Counted from the first letter of the stretch, positions 1-10,495 are shown. The stretch: 41,888 nt of DNA from an uncultured Bacilli bacterium (GCA_947628485.1 CANRAA010000003.1:1-41888); one strand, 5' to 3'. The notes: generated from the letters alone by a model not told the origin. A program made the numbers and translations.

Positions 1-39
1 CTTTATTCATAGTAAAAATTGTTTACTTTATTTACTTTA

Positions 40-68
40 TAGACTTTTCGCTAGAAATTTAGTACAAT
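40..68 (+). promoter_or_regulatory. sigma-A-like promoter for the rSAM operon
   Basis: TAGACT-N17-TACAAT upstream of AGGAGG RBS and ATG at 100. Confidence 0.55.
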
Positions 69-99
69 AATTTTAGAAAGAATTCTTTAGGAGGGTTTT

Positions 100-1086
100 A
101 TGTTAAAGGAAGTCAAAATTGAGTTAACTAACAGATGTATGCGTAATTGTTTTCATTGTTCAAGTCGAGCAACAAATGATAAAAAATATATTGAGGAACT
201 TTCCTTTAATGATGTCGCCAGAATTATTCTTGAGGCCAAAGAAATGGGCGCCGAAAGTGTTGTTTTTACCGGTGGTGAACCTTTAATGTATAAACACTTA
301 GATTTACTTATTGGGTTAGCTAAGGGTTTAGATTTAAAAACAACTATCTATACTTTTGCTTATAAAACTAAAGAAAATTTAAGAAAATATCGCCATTTAA
401 TAAACGCTGGTTTAGATAAAATTATTTATTCACTAGCCGATAATCTTTCTTTAGAAGAAGATGTTTCCTATTATACTAATGAAGAATTTTTTGATAAAGT
501 ATTTAAAGATAATAATGGTAAGTTAGGTTTTCATTATGCTTTAAGTAAAGACTCTTTTAGGAGTTTTCCAAGAGTTTTAAATTATACAATGGATGCTTTT
601 AAAGATAAACCTTATTTTGATAAGGTAAGTATTTTAAGATTTGTTCCCCATGGTAAAGGCACTTTTGATATGGATTTAAGTAAAAAAGAACTTTTAGAGT
701 TAAAGAAATTTTATTTAAATAGTTTATTTCAAGATAAAATAAGACTAGGTTCACCTTGGAATATTTTAGGTATTTCTAATAGTCCTTGTGTTATTGGCGA
801 TGAAATAATGATTATTGGTTTTGATGGGGTGGCTTATCCTTGTGATTCGGTTAAATATTTTAAGAATTTAGGAGTAAGCGGCAATATTAAAGATAATAGT
901 TTATTAGAGTTATATAATTCCGAATATTTTAAAAGTTTAAGAGAGGTTCAAAAGGAGTCTAGTTGCAGTGGTTGTGAAAATTATGACATTTGTAAAAGTG
1001 GTTGTTTAGGACAAAAAATTATTGATAGTCCTTATAAATCATTAAAAAGAATAATAAGGGAAAAAGATCCAAAGTGTATGAGGTAA
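100..1086 (+). CDS. Radical SAM protein with C-terminal SPASM domain
   Basis: ELTNRCMRNCFHC (CxxxCxxC), FTGGEP, C-terminal DGVAYPC...GNI...CSGCENYDICKSGC. Confidence 0.9.
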   Translation: MLKEVKIELTNRCMRNCFHCSSRATNDKKYIEELSFNDVARIILEAKEMGAESVVFTGGEPLMYKHLDLLIGLAKGLDLKTTIYTFAYKTKENLRKYRHLINAGLDKIIYSLADNLSLEEDVSYYTNEEFFDKVFKDNNGKLGFHYALSKDSFRSFPRVLNYTMDAFKDKPYFDKVSILRFVPHGKGTFDMDLSKKELLELKKFYLNSLFQDKIRLGSPWNILGISNSPCVIGDEIMIIGFDGVAYPCDSVKYFKNLGVSGNIKDNSLLELYNSEYFKSLREVQKESSCSGCENYDICKSGCLGQKIIDSPYKSLKRIIREKDPKCMR

Positions 1087-1087
1087 A

Positions 1088-2032
1088 ATGAAAGTAAGAG
1101 AGGAAGTTTATAATTTATATTGGTATTTTGCCTGGGAAAGGCAAAATATCTTTTGGAAGAAATTAAAAGGTGAGGCATCTCCTTGGACTGATGACCCCAT
1201 ATTAAGAGAATACAAATTTTGTAATAGTTACAGAGTAAATGATCGCGTTAGTCAATATCTTCTTAAGAATGTTATTTATAATGGGAAGAAATATCGTAAA
1301 GAAGATATGTTATTTCGCATTATTCTATTTAAATTATTTAATAAAGAAAGTACATGGGAATTATTAATAAATAATTTTCAAGATATAACTTTAGAAAGTT
1401 TTAAGATGGAAGAATATTCTAAAGTTTTAACTAAGGCTAAAAGTGAAGGGATAAAACTATATAATGATGCCTACATTAGTTGTGCCAATAAAGCCTTTGG
1501 TTATAACTTCAAACACGATAATCATTTAGCCTTACTTCATAAAATGTTTTTGGAAGATTTGGTGCAAGATAAAATAATTAAATGTAAAAGTATGGAAGAG
1601 GCCTTTAATATCTTAAGAAGTTATCCTTTAATAGGTAACTTTATGGCTTATCAATTAGTAACGGATATTAACTACAGTGAAGTAGTGGACTTTAGAGAAG
1701 ATGAATTTACGGTTGCGGGTCCGGGTTCTATAAGAGGCATAAGGAAGTGTTTTACCAGTAGAGATGGTTTAAGTTATGAAGATATTATTCGTTATATGTA
1801 TGAAAATCAAGATAGGGAATTTAAAAGATTAGGACTTAATTTTAAAAGAATTGGAAATCGTCCTTTAGAACTTATTGATTGCCAAAATATCTTTTGTGAA
1901 CTAGATAAATATTGTCGTGAAAAGTTACCAAATTTAAAATCTAACCGAGTTAAGATTAAAAAGAAATATGTTCCGAAAGAAGATAAGATAGAGTATATGT
2001 ATCCGCCAAAGTGGCAGATAGAAATAAAATAA
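1088..2032 (+). CDS. 5-hmdU DNA kinase helical domain / aGPT-Pplase1-like putative DNA base hypermodification protein
   Basis: ERQNIF...PWTDDPIL..YKFCNSYRVNDRVS, GNFMAYQLVTD, GPGS.RG and CELDKY motifs; starts 1 nt after the rSAM stop. Confidence 0.75.
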   Translation: MKVREEVYNLYWYFAWERQNIFWKKLKGEASPWTDDPILREYKFCNSYRVNDRVSQYLLKNVIYNGKKYRKEDMLFRIILFKLFNKESTWELLINNFQDITLESFKMEEYSKVLTKAKSEGIKLYNDAYISCANKAFGYNFKHDNHLALLHKMFLEDLVQDKIIKCKSMEEAFNILRSYPLIGNFMAYQLVTDINYSEVVDFREDEFTVAGPGSIRGIRKCFTSRDGLSYEDIIRYMYENQDREFKRLGLNFKRIGNRPLELIDCQNIFCELDKYCREKLPNLKSNRVKIKKKYVPKEDKIEYMYPPKWQIEIK

Positions 2033-2117
2033 TTTTAAATCATAAATTTTATGGCCATATTTCGCTTGCTAATCAGTACTTTATGTAGTAAAATACTTCT
2101 TCAAGAGGGGGATTTAA

Positions 2118-2657
2118 ATGAAAAATACCGAAAATAAAATAAATAAGACATTATATGAAATTGAAACAAAGGATTTAAGTTTTAAACAATTTGAACAATA
2201 TTATAATGAAATGACATCTTTATTAGCAAAGGGTTATTCTAAAGAGGCCTGTAACATGGGTTATTCTTTATATAATGCGAATGTTTTATTAGATACATAT
2301 GAAAAATTAGAAAAATTTGAAGAATACAAAGAAAAATTAGAAGTAATTGTGGGTGAACTGGCCCGAAAATATGTCGAAAAGACTGGGGCTAATATCCCTA
2401 AAATTTTTGAAGAAATGACCCAAAAAGTTCAAAATGATAGTTTGACTTTTAAAAAATATAATTATTATGTTAATCTTTTAATCGTAGCTCATATGATTAA
2501 ATTAGAGAATATCGATTATTTAGAAATTGCTAAAACTTTACAAAGTGTTAATGTTAAAGGTAATAATAGTTTTGATAATGTTTATTTATATGTTAAAAGT
2601 TTATTAATGCTGGAAAATTTCACTAATCGATTGTCTGTTAATGATAAAAGAAGATAA
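2118..2657 (+). CDS. Hypothetical protein
   Basis: 179-aa ORF with GAGGGGG RBS; no recognised motif. Confidence 0.7.
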   Translation: MKNTENKINKTLYEIETKDLSFKQFEQYYNEMTSLLAKGYSKEACNMGYSLYNANVLLDTYEKLEKFEEYKEKLEVIVGELARKYVEKTGANIPKIFEEMTQKVQNDSLTFKKYNYYVNLLIVAHMIKLENIDYLEIAKTLQSVNVKGNNSFDNVYLYVKSLLMLENFTNRLSVNDKRR

Positions 2658-2727
2658 AGAAATAAATAGTTAACTTTTAGTAGTTAATTATTTTTTTCCA
2701 TTGTATAATTATTTCTATGAGGTTGTT

Positions 2728-4593
2728 ATGAAGATAAATATTAAAAATGGAGCTGTAACTTTAGGAATTAATACCATTTTAGAAGAAGTAAATATTGATA
2801 TAAATGATCATGATAAAATAGCCATTGTCGGAAGAAATGGAGCGGGAAAAACAACTCTTTTAAGAGCCATTATTAATCCCTCGATGTTTGAAAAAGGCCT
2901 TGGCGAAGATGATTTTAACGTTACCATTATGGGTAAATTTAAGATTGGCTATTTAGAACAAATAACTTTTTCTAATGAAGATATTACTTTAATTGAAGAG
3001 GTTAAAAAAGTATTTAGTGATTTAATAAGTTTGGAATGTAGAATTAATAATTTAGTTGAAGAAATGAATAAAAAAAATTCTTCTAAAATTATTAAAGTAT
3101 ATACAGAATTAGTAGAAAACTATAAATTACAAGGTGGTTATTCTTATCAAAAAGAATATGAGTCTTTATTAAAGAAATTTGGCTTTAGCGAGGAAGACAA
3201 GGAAAAAAGGCTAAAAGAGTTTTCGGGTGGGGAAAGAACCAAAATTGCTTTTATTAAATTGTTACTATCCAAACCTGATTTATTAATACTTGATGAACCG
3301 ACTAACCACTTGGATATTAAAACCATTGAGGCTCTAGAAGATTATCTAAAGGATTATCCTAAAACTTTAATTATTGTTTCGCATGACCGGATGTTTTTAG
3401 ATAATATCGTCGATACGGTTTATGAAATAGATTATGGGAAGACTTATAAATATAAAGGTAATTATAGTAATTATGAAAAAGAGAAAAAGTTAAGATATGA
3501 AAAAACTTTAAAAGATTATGAATTTCAACAAAAAGAAATTAAAAGATTAAGAAGTATTTATGAAAGATTTAGATTTAAACCCACTAAAGCGAAGATGGCC
3601 TTAAGTAAATTAAAACAAATTGAAAGAATGGATTTAATTGAAAAACCCAGAAAAGAAGATTTAAAAACTTTTCAAACTAATTTAAAAGAAATAACTAAAT
3701 CTAGTCAAATGGTTATGAATTTAAAAGATTTAACAATTGGTTATTATAAAGAGCTTGCTACTTTAAATTTAGAAATCCTAAGAGGGGAAAAACTCGGCAT
3801 CATTGGGGAAAATGGGATTGGTAAATCCACTTTAATTAAAACTCTTGCGGGATTAGTTAAACCTTTAAAGGGGGATATTTTGTATGGTACTAATTTAAAA
3901 ATTGGCTATTTTGACCAAAATCTCGCTATGCAAAGTAACGATAATACGGTTATTGAAGAGTTTAGATGTGAACTACCTGATTTATCTTATGAAGAAGTGA
4001 GGAAGGCTTTAGGTTCTTTTCTTTTTAAAGATGATGATGTGGATAAAAAAATAAATGTTTTAAGTGGTGGTGAAAAAGTTCGGTTACAATTATGTAAAAT
4101 TTTCTATCATAAACCCAATGTTTTAATTTTAGATGAGCCTACTAATCACATGGATATAGTGGGGAAAGAACATTTAGAAGACATTTTAAAAGAATATACG
4201 GGAACTTTAATTTTTGTTACCCATGACCGGTATTTAGTCAAAAAGATTGCATCTAGTCTTTTAGTCTTTGAAAATAACGAAGTAAAATATTATCGTTATG
4301 GGTATCAAGAATACTTAGAAAAAAGGAAAGATGTAAAAGAAGAAGTAAGACCTCAAAAAGAGAAGGTAAAAGTAAACACTTATAATTTAAATAAAGAGAT
4401 AAAACAAATTGAAAAAGAAATAACCAAGAATGAAAAAGAATTAAAAGAACTAAAGGAAAGTCTTTATAAAGAAGATGTGTATTCTAATAATGATAAATTG
4501 AATATAGTAAACGGGAAAATTGAAGAATTAGAAAAAGTTATGGAAAACTTAAATAAAACTTGGGAAGAATTATTAACTAAAATGAGTGATTAA
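2728..4593 (+). CDS. ABC-F family ATPase
   Basis: Two ABC domains (GRNGAGKT, FSGGE, LDEPTNH; GENGIGKS, LSGGE), no TM segments, C-terminal coiled coil; start moved to ATG 2728 after GAGG. Confidence 0.92.
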   Translation: MKINIKNGAVTLGINTILEEVNIDINDHDKIAIVGRNGAGKTTLLRAIINPSMFEKGLGEDDFNVTIMGKFKIGYLEQITFSNEDITLIEEVKKVFSDLISLECRINNLVEEMNKKNSSKIIKVYTELVENYKLQGGYSYQKEYESLLKKFGFSEEDKEKRLKEFSGGERTKIAFIKLLLSKPDLLILDEPTNHLDIKTIEALEDYLKDYPKTLIIVSHDRMFLDNIVDTVYEIDYGKTYKYKGNYSNYEKEKKLRYEKTLKDYEFQQKEIKRLRSIYERFRFKPTKAKMALSKLKQIERMDLIEKPRKEDLKTFQTNLKEITKSSQMVMNLKDLTIGYYKELATLNLEILRGEKLGIIGENGIGKSTLIKTLAGLVKPLKGDILYGTNLKIGYFDQNLAMQSNDNTVIEEFRCELPDLSYEEVRKALGSFLFKDDDVDKKINVLSGGEKVRLQLCKIFYHKPNVLILDEPTNHMDIVGKEHLEDILKEYTGTLIFVTHDRYLVKKIASSLLVFENNEVKYYRYGYQEYLEKRKDVKEEVRPQKEKVKVNTYNLNKEIKQIEKEITKNEKELKELKESLYKEDVYSNNDKLNIVNGKIEELEKVMENLNKTWEELLTKMSD

Positions 4594-4642
4594 ATATGTA
4601 AATTAACATGATTTTATGGTATTATATAAGCCGTGGTGAAAT

Positions 4643-5212
4643 ATGCAAAATGATACAATTGAAAAAATAACTGATTTTATATTTATGGGTAAAAAAATAG
4701 AAGAATTGGATTTTTATAATTTAGCGATTGTTTTAGGAAATAATTTATATGAAGAAACAGCTGAATGTTTAAAAGATTTAGTAAATTTAAATAAAATTGA
4801 TGCTACTTCCACTATTATTATTTCGGGAAAAAAAGGAACATTAAATAAAGATTTAGATGGAACAGAAGCGGAAATTATTTATCAAAAATTTTTAAAATAT
4901 AATTTAAATATCCCTTGTCTTTTAGAAAAAGAAGCTACCAATACCAAAGAGAATTTATTATTTAGTTTAAAATATTTAGAAGATATAAAGTCTTATCGAA
5001 AAATTTTATTAATTTGTAAATCATTTTTAGCTAGAAGAGCTTTTATGTGTGCTTATAATTTAGACTATCCAATTGATAGTATTGATATCATTGGGGTGGA
5101 AAAAGAATTTGGTAAAGATAATTGGTTTACTAATGCTTTATCTCGCAAAAGAGTATTAGCGGAATTAGAAAGAATTAGTCTTTATACTGAAAAAGGAGAT
5201 TTAAAGTTATAG
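4643..5212 (+). CDS. YdcF/DUF218 (SanA/ElyC-like) family protein
   Basis: IVLG, IIISG, TEAE, LEKEATNTKEN motifs. Confidence 0.75.
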   Translation: MQNDTIEKITDFIFMGKKIEELDFYNLAIVLGNNLYEETAECLKDLVNLNKIDATSTIIISGKKGTLNKDLDGTEAEIIYQKFLKYNLNIPCLLEKEATNTKENLLFSLKYLEDIKSYRKILLICKSFLARRAFMCAYNLDYPIDSIDIIGVEKEFGKDNWFTNALSRKRVLAELERISLYTEKGDLKL

Positions 5213-5246
5213 AAATTTGTGTTATTATAGAAGTTGGTGATGATAC

Positions 5247-6173
5247 ATGAAAATTGGGATACCAAGAGCATTTTTATATTATAAATATCATGTTTTATGG
5301 GAAACGTTTTTTGACGAACTAGGTATTGAATATGTGGTAAGTCCCAAAACGAATAAAGATATTATTAAAAGAGGCGAAATGCATGCCATGGATGAGTCAT
5401 GTTTATCTAGTAAGATTTTTACGGGACATGTTGATTATTTAATTGATAAATGTGATTATATTTTTATTCCCAGAGTAGCATCCCTAGGGGCTCATAAAGA
5501 TATTGTTTGTTCAAAGTTTCAAGCCATTTATGATGTTATTAATAATATTTATCGAGAAAAGAACTTAAAAATATTATATTATAGTATTGATATTTTAAAT
5601 AAAGATACGGAACTTAAAGCTTTTCTTAAGATGGGTAAGTTTTTAGGTAAAAAAAAGGTGCAAGTTTTAAAGGCTTATTATATAGCCAAACAAGCCGAAA
5701 AGACCGCCAAAATGATTGAAATAAACAATCAAAATAATTTACTTAAAAATGATAAATTAAAAATATTAATTGTTTCGCATCCTTATAATATTTATGATGA
5801 ATATGTAGGTAAGCCCATTACTGATACTTTAAAAGATTTAGGAAGTGAGCCTATTTTAGCGTGTGTTGTTGATGAGAAAAAAGCGAGAGAAAAAGCCAAA
5901 AAGATTAGTGCCACTTTACCTTGGACTTTTAATAAAGAATTAGTCGGAGCCATTTCTTTATACTTTGATAAAGTTGATGGAATTATTTTAGCTTCCTCTT
6001 TTCCTTGTGGGCCAGACTCTTTAGTTAATGAAATGATTGTCAGAAAGATTAAAGGAAAACCCATTATTAATTTAGTTTTAGATGGTCAAGAAGGAACAGC
6101 GGGACTAGAAACAAGACTAGAGAGTTTTGTGGATATTTTAAATTTACAAAAAGAAGGTGGCATTCATGAGTAA
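5247..6173 (+). CDS. Acyl-CoA dehydratase activase-related protein (DUF2229-like)
   Basis: KIGIPRA, ESCLSSK..GH, HPYNIYD, FPCGPD, TRLESF. Confidence 0.8.
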   Translation: MKIGIPRAFLYYKYHVLWETFFDELGIEYVVSPKTNKDIIKRGEMHAMDESCLSSKIFTGHVDYLIDKCDYIFIPRVASLGAHKDIVCSKFQAIYDVINNIYREKNLKILYYSIDILNKDTELKAFLKMGKFLGKKKVQVLKAYYIAKQAEKTAKMIEINNQNNLLKNDKLKILIVSHPYNIYDEYVGKPITDTLKDLGSEPILACVVDEKKAREKAKKISATLPWTFNKELVGAISLYFDKVDGIILASSFPCGPDSLVNEMIVRKIKGKPIINLVLDGQEGTAGLETRLESFVDILNLQKEGGIHE

Positions 6174-7236
6174 AGTAAAAGTTAATTTCCCTCGTTTTGG
6201 TTCTTATAATGTAGCCGTAAGACATATTATTGTAAATGGTTTAGGTGTTGATTATGTTGATGCCCCACCCATTACAAAGAAAACTTTAGAAATTGGGGCT
6301 AAATATTCTCCCGATTTTGTTTGTACCCCTTTTAAATATCAATTAGGAGGTTACATCGAAGCCATTGAAGCTGGAGCCAATACTTTAATTCAAGTGGGTG
6401 GAGCTTGTCGTTTAAATTACTATGGAGAACTACATGAACAAATATTAAAAGATTTAGGTTATGAGGTCCGATTTGTCAATATGGCTAACGCTGATTTTTC
6501 GAAGCCTTTAACTTTTTATGAAGAATTTAAAAAGATTAAACCGAGTGTTAATTTAAAAAAGATAACAAGTGCGGTCTTACTCGCCGTTAAAATGGTGGAA
6601 GTTATCGATAAAGTAGAAGATTACATTAGAGAGAATGTTGGTTTTGAAGTTGTGAATGGTAGTTTTGAAAAATTACATAAAGAATTTTTAGAGGACTTAA
6701 AAGAAGTTAATGATAAAAAAGAATTAAATTTAATAGCGAAACTTTATATGAGTAAACTAAAAAGAGTGGAAACTAACAAACCGAAAAATCCTTTAAGAGT
6801 CGGTATTGTTGGCGAATATTACACCATCATGGACGAATATAGCAATCATTATATGGAAAAGGAACTCGCTAAAAAAGGGATAATTATTGAAAGATGGATG
6901 AATGTATCGAATAGTATTTTTCATAATTATGTGAAAGAAATTAAGCAAAGTATTAAAAATTATGCGAAATATGATATGGGAGCCACTTCCATGTATACGA
7001 TTAAAAAAGCTTTAGACTATGCTAAAGATAATTTTGATGGTATTATTCATGTTAAAAGTTTTGGGTGTACTCCCGAGATTGATACGATGCCTGTTTTAGA
7101 AAGAATTAGTGAAGACTATAAAATACCAATTATTTATTTTAGTTTTGATACCCAAACTAGTGATGTTGGTATTAATACGAGAATTGAGGCCTTCTACGAT
7201 ATGATAATGATGAGAAAGGAAAAAAAGATAAAATGA
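6166..7236 (+). CDS. 2-hydroxyacyl-CoA dehydratase family subunit
   Basis: CTPFK, GACRLNYY, VGIVGE, SFGCTPE, TRIEAF; start placed at ATG 6166, overlapping the upstream stop. Confidence 0.75.
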   Translation: MSKVKVNFPRFGSYNVAVRHIIVNGLGVDYVDAPPITKKTLEIGAKYSPDFVCTPFKYQLGGYIEAIEAGANTLIQVGGACRLNYYGELHEQILKDLGYEVRFVNMANADFSKPLTFYEEFKKIKPSVNLKKITSAVLLAVKMVEVIDKVEDYIRENVGFEVVNGSFEKLHKEFLEDLKEVNDKKELNLIAKLYMSKLKRVETNKPKNPLRVGIVGEYYTIMDEYSNHYMEKELAKKGIIIERWMNVSNSIFHNYVKEIKQSIKNYAKYDMGATSMYTIKKALDYAKDNFDGIIHVKSFGCTPEIDTMPVLERISEDYKIPIIYFSFDTQTSDVGINTRIEAFYDMIMMRKEKKIK

Positions 7237-8192
7237 AGAAAGCATATATGGGTGTAGATATTGGATCAATATCTACCAAAGGAATAATTATAGATGAAGA
7301 TAATAAAATACTAGCTAGTGAATATATATGGACGGAAGGAGACCCAATCGGGGCGGTTAAAAGATTAATAAGTATTTTAAAAGGACAATTTAATGAGAAA
7401 AAATATAAAGTAGTGGGAGTAGGAACGACAGGTTCCGCTCGTAAATTAATCGGCGTTATCCTAGGAGCCAACATTGTTAAAAATGAAATAACGGCTCATG
7501 CCATTGGAACTTTATCATTATATCCTGATGTCCATACCATTTTTGAAATTGGAGGCCAAGACTCTAAAATAATTATTATTGACCATGGTATTGTTACCGA
7601 TTATGCCATGAATACTTTATGTGCGGCTGGAACAGGATCATTTTTATCTAGTCAATCGAAAAGATTAGGTCTTGAAGTTGAAGAATTTGGGGAAATGGCT
7701 TTAAAGAGTAAGAATCCCACTAATATTGCGGCCCGTTGTACAGTTTTTGCCGAAAGTGATTTAGTTCATAAAGTCCAAATTGGTCATAAAAAAGAAGATA
7801 TAATTGCGGGACTTTGTAAGGCTGTTGTTAATAACTATTTAAATAATGTTGGTAAAGGTAAAAAGATTAGTGCTCCAATAGTATTCCAAGGCGGAGTATC
7901 TAAAAATGTCGGAGTTATTAAAGCCTTTGAAGAAGCTACTGGCGAAAAAATTATCGTGGACCCTAATTCCCATTTAATGGGAGCTCTAGGAGTAGCCATT
8001 CTATCTAAAAAAGCTCCGGAGGTAAGTTTTGATTTTAATATTGAAGATGTTACTTTTGAAACTAAAGGTATTGAATGCAAAGGATGTGCCAATAATTGTG
8101 AGAGAATTTGCGTTTATAAAGATGGAAAACTTATTGATGCTTGGGGTAATAAATGTGATAAAGGGGCTATTAAAGTTAAGGCAGGTGTGTAA
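7233..8192 (+). CDS. Acyl-CoA dehydratase activase (HgdC/BadF-like ASKHA ATPase)
   Basis: GVDIGSISTK, EIGGQDSK, MNTLCAAGTGSFL, RCTVFAES, GGVSKN. Confidence 0.9.
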   Translation: MKKAYMGVDIGSISTKGIIIDEDNKILASEYIWTEGDPIGAVKRLISILKGQFNEKKYKVVGVGTTGSARKLIGVILGANIVKNEITAHAIGTLSLYPDVHTIFEIGGQDSKIIIIDHGIVTDYAMNTLCAAGTGSFLSSQSKRLGLEVEEFGEMALKSKNPTNIAARCTVFAESDLVHKVQIGHKKEDIIAGLCKAVVNNYLNNVGKGKKISAPIVFQGGVSKNVGVIKAFEEATGEKIIVDPNSHLMGALGVAILSKKAPEVSFDFNIEDVTFETKGIECKGCANNCERICVYKDGKLIDAWGNKCDKGAIKVKAGV

Positions 8193-8749
8193 TGAAAGAT
8201 ATTATAAATTTTTATACAAAGTTTGTTGAATTAGAAAATGTTTTAAGAAAAGGCTGGTTAATGCGTAGGGTTCCTGTAGATAGAAAAGAAAGCGATGCTG
8301 ACCACACCTTACAAACTATACTTCTAGCTAATTTAATTATAAAAAGATATGATATTAAAGAATTATCTATAGAAAAAGTTATGGAGATGCTTTTAATTCA
8401 TGAAATAGGAGAAATTGTTATTGGTGATATATCAATGATTGAACCTGATTATATAGAAAAAAAGAAAAAAGAAATTACAGCAGTTAATGAAATTCTAAAG
8501 TTATTAGATGAAAAATTAGCGAATTATTATTTTTCTTTATGGCAAGAATTTGAGGCCCAAGAGACTAATGAGGCTCAATTTTGCTATTTTATTGATAAAT
8601 ATGATGCGGTAATTAAAGCAAAATTTTACGATGATAAGTTTAATAAGAACGAGTATTTACAAGAATTTTATAATCATGCTCTAGAAAATTTAAAGAAAAA
8701 TAATAATATATACTTAAAATATTTCAGCATCGATACAAAAATAAAATAA
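8192..8749 (+). CDS. HD-domain phosphohydrolase (YfbR/HD_3-like)
   Basis: RKGW, ESDADH, IHEIGE..IGD, DKYD. Confidence 0.8.
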   Translation: MKDIINFYTKFVELENVLRKGWLMRRVPVDRKESDADHTLQTILLANLIIKRYDIKELSIEKVMEMLLIHEIGEIVIGDISMIEPDYIEKKKKEITAVNEILKLLDEKLANYYFSLWQEFEAQETNEAQFCYFIDKYDAVIKAKFYDDKFNKNEYLQEFYNHALENLKKNNNIYLKYFSIDTKIK

Positions 8750-8765
8750 TTAAATTAAAAAAATA

Positions 8766-8794
8766 GCAGTCTATTTTTTAAAGATTGCTTTTTT
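8766..8794 (+). terminator. Intrinsic terminator
   Basis: AGCAGTCT/AGATTGCT stem followed by a T run. Confidence 0.5.
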
Positions 8795-8807
8795 AAATAA
8801 GAAAATC

Positions 8808-8838
8808 TTGACTTTAACCTTAGGTAATAGTTTATATT
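8808..8838 (+). promoter_or_regulatory. MerR-type promoter/operator
   Basis: TTGACT-N19-TATATT with imperfect dyad ACTttaACCT-T-AGGTaatAGT across the spacer. Confidence 0.7.
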
Positions 8839-8858
8839 AAGGTTAGAAAGGAGATAAT

Positions 8859-9503
8859 ATGCTTATTAATGAAGTTGAAAATATCGTGGGATTATCTAAA
8901 AAAAGTATTCGGTTTTATGAAGATAATCATTTACTAAATCCGAAAAGAAAAGATAATGACTATCGGTATTATGATGAAGAAGACATAAAGAAATTAAAAA
9001 TTATTAAATTCTTAAGAGAATTAGATGTGCCCATTAAAGAAATAAGAGAATTAAACGAAGGAAAAATAGCTTTAAAAGATTGTTTAAATAATCGGATTCA
9101 AAAAATTGATAGTTTAAAATTAAATTTTGATAAAGTAAAAGAAATGTGTCAAGAAATAATAAAAGATGATGTTACTTATGAAAATTTAAATATTGAAAAA
9201 TATTTTAAAGAAATAAATATATTAAATAAAAAGGAGAGATTTACAATGAATAGGGAGTTACCTAGTAAAGGAAAAAGAATTGGTGGGGCTGTTCTTTCTA
9301 GTTTAATTTTTAGTGGTATTTTTATCTTTTTGATTGGTCTTATTTGTTATTTTCAAATTACGGAAGCAGAAAAATGTCCATGGCCATTATTTTGGTTTTT
9401 AATGTTAATTCTTGGTTTACCAGTGGGAGCAGTTTTAATTAATTTAATTAAAAGAATTAAAGAAATTTTAGGAGGTGAAGAAGATGAAGCTAGTAAATAT
9501 TGA
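8859..9503 (+). CDS. MerR family regulator with C-terminal transmembrane segments
   Basis: INEV...GLSKKSIRFYE...R.DNDYRYY; two hydrophobic helices near the C-terminus. Confidence 0.85.
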   Translation: MLINEVENIVGLSKKSIRFYEDNHLLNPKRKDNDYRYYDEEDIKKLKIIKFLRELDVPIKEIRELNEGKIALKDCLNNRIQKIDSLKLNFDKVKEMCQEIIKDDVTYENLNIEKYFKEINILNKKERFTMNRELPSKGKRIGGAVLSSLIFSGIFIFLIGLICYFQITEAEKCPWPLFWFLMLILGLPVGAVLINLIKRIKEILGGEEDEASKY

Positions 9504-9804
9504 TTACTTACCAGGAGAAGAAATAGAGGAAGTTTTAGGACTTGTTAAAGGACAAATTGTCCAATCCAAAAACATCGGTCGGGATTTTATGGCCGGGCTT
9601 AAAACCATTGTCGGTGGTGAAATTGCAAGCTACACTGATATGATAAGTTTAGCTAGAAAAATGGCTACCAAAAGAATGGTTGATGAAGCCGAAAGTTTGG
9701 GGGCTGATGCTGTTATTAATATTCGTTATGGTTCTTCCGCTGTTATGGGTGGGGCTGCTGAAATTATTGTTTATGGTACGGCCGTTAAGTTAAAAAAGAA
9801 ATAA
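9484..9804 (+). CDS. YbjQ/UPF0145 family protein
   Basis: GRDFMAGLKTIVGGE, GADAVINIR, YGTAV. Confidence 0.9.
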   Translation: MKLVNIDYLPGEEIEEVLGLVKGQIVQSKNIGRDFMAGLKTIVGGEIASYTDMISLARKMATKRMVDEAESLGADAVINIRYGSSAVMGGAAEIIVYGTAVKLKKK

Positions 9805-9855
9805 AAAGACTTTATAAATTTAAATAGATAGATTATAATGGTTATAGGTGATAAC

Positions 9856-10476
9856 ATGAAAAAATTAATCTATCTATTTTTATTTTTGGCAATATTTACT
9901 TTTACAGGATGTTCCAAAAAAGATTTAACAAATGGGGAAATCGAAAATGTTAAATATACAGAAACGGAAGAAGTAACTAATTATGTCAAAATGGTTACTA
10001 ATAAAGATAAGGTAGTAATTATGGAGTTATATCCAGATATTGCTCCCGAAACTGTGGCTAATTTTCAAAAGTTAGTCAAAGAAAAATTTTATGATGGTTT
10101 AACTTTCCACCGGGTAATTGCCGATTTTATGGTGCAAACGGGAGATCCTCTTGGTAATGGTACTGGCGGAAGTGAGGAGACTATTAAAGGGGAATTTGCC
10201 CAAAATGGTTTTAAAAATAACTTAAAACATGAAGAAGGAATAATATCGATGGCGAGACAAGAAAAAAATTTTGATAGTGCTTCTAGTCAATTCTTTATCT
10301 GTGTTAATGATAATGATAGTATTGGTTATTTAGATGGGGCTTATGCCGCTTTTGGTAAAGTAATCGCGGGTTACGATAGTATCTTAGAAATATCTAAAGT
10401 AAGAACTGATGATTATGACAAACCAATAGTTACCCAAAGTATTAAAACAATGCGTTTTGTAAATATTGAAAAATAA
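9856..10476 (+). CDS. Cyclophilin-type peptidyl-prolyl isomerase lipoprotein
   Basis: Lipobox FTGC; FYDGLTFHRVI, QTGDP, SMAR, SQFFI. Confidence 0.92.
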   Translation: MKKLIYLFLFLAIFTFTGCSKKDLTNGEIENVKYTETEEVTNYVKMVTNKDKVVIMELYPDIAPETVANFQKLVKEKFYDGLTFHRVIADFMVQTGDPLGNGTGGSEETIKGEFAQNGFKNNLKHEEGIISMARQEKNFDSASSQFFICVNDNDSIGYLDGAYAAFGKVIAGYDSILEISKVRTDDYDKPIVTQSIKTMRFVNIEK

Positions 10477-10495
10477 AAATTAATCAGGAGGTTTT

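Noticed and set aside
5247-8192. Dehydratase/activase trio as a novel system
   Set aside because: Common arrangement in anaerobic Firmicutes; nothing atypical seen
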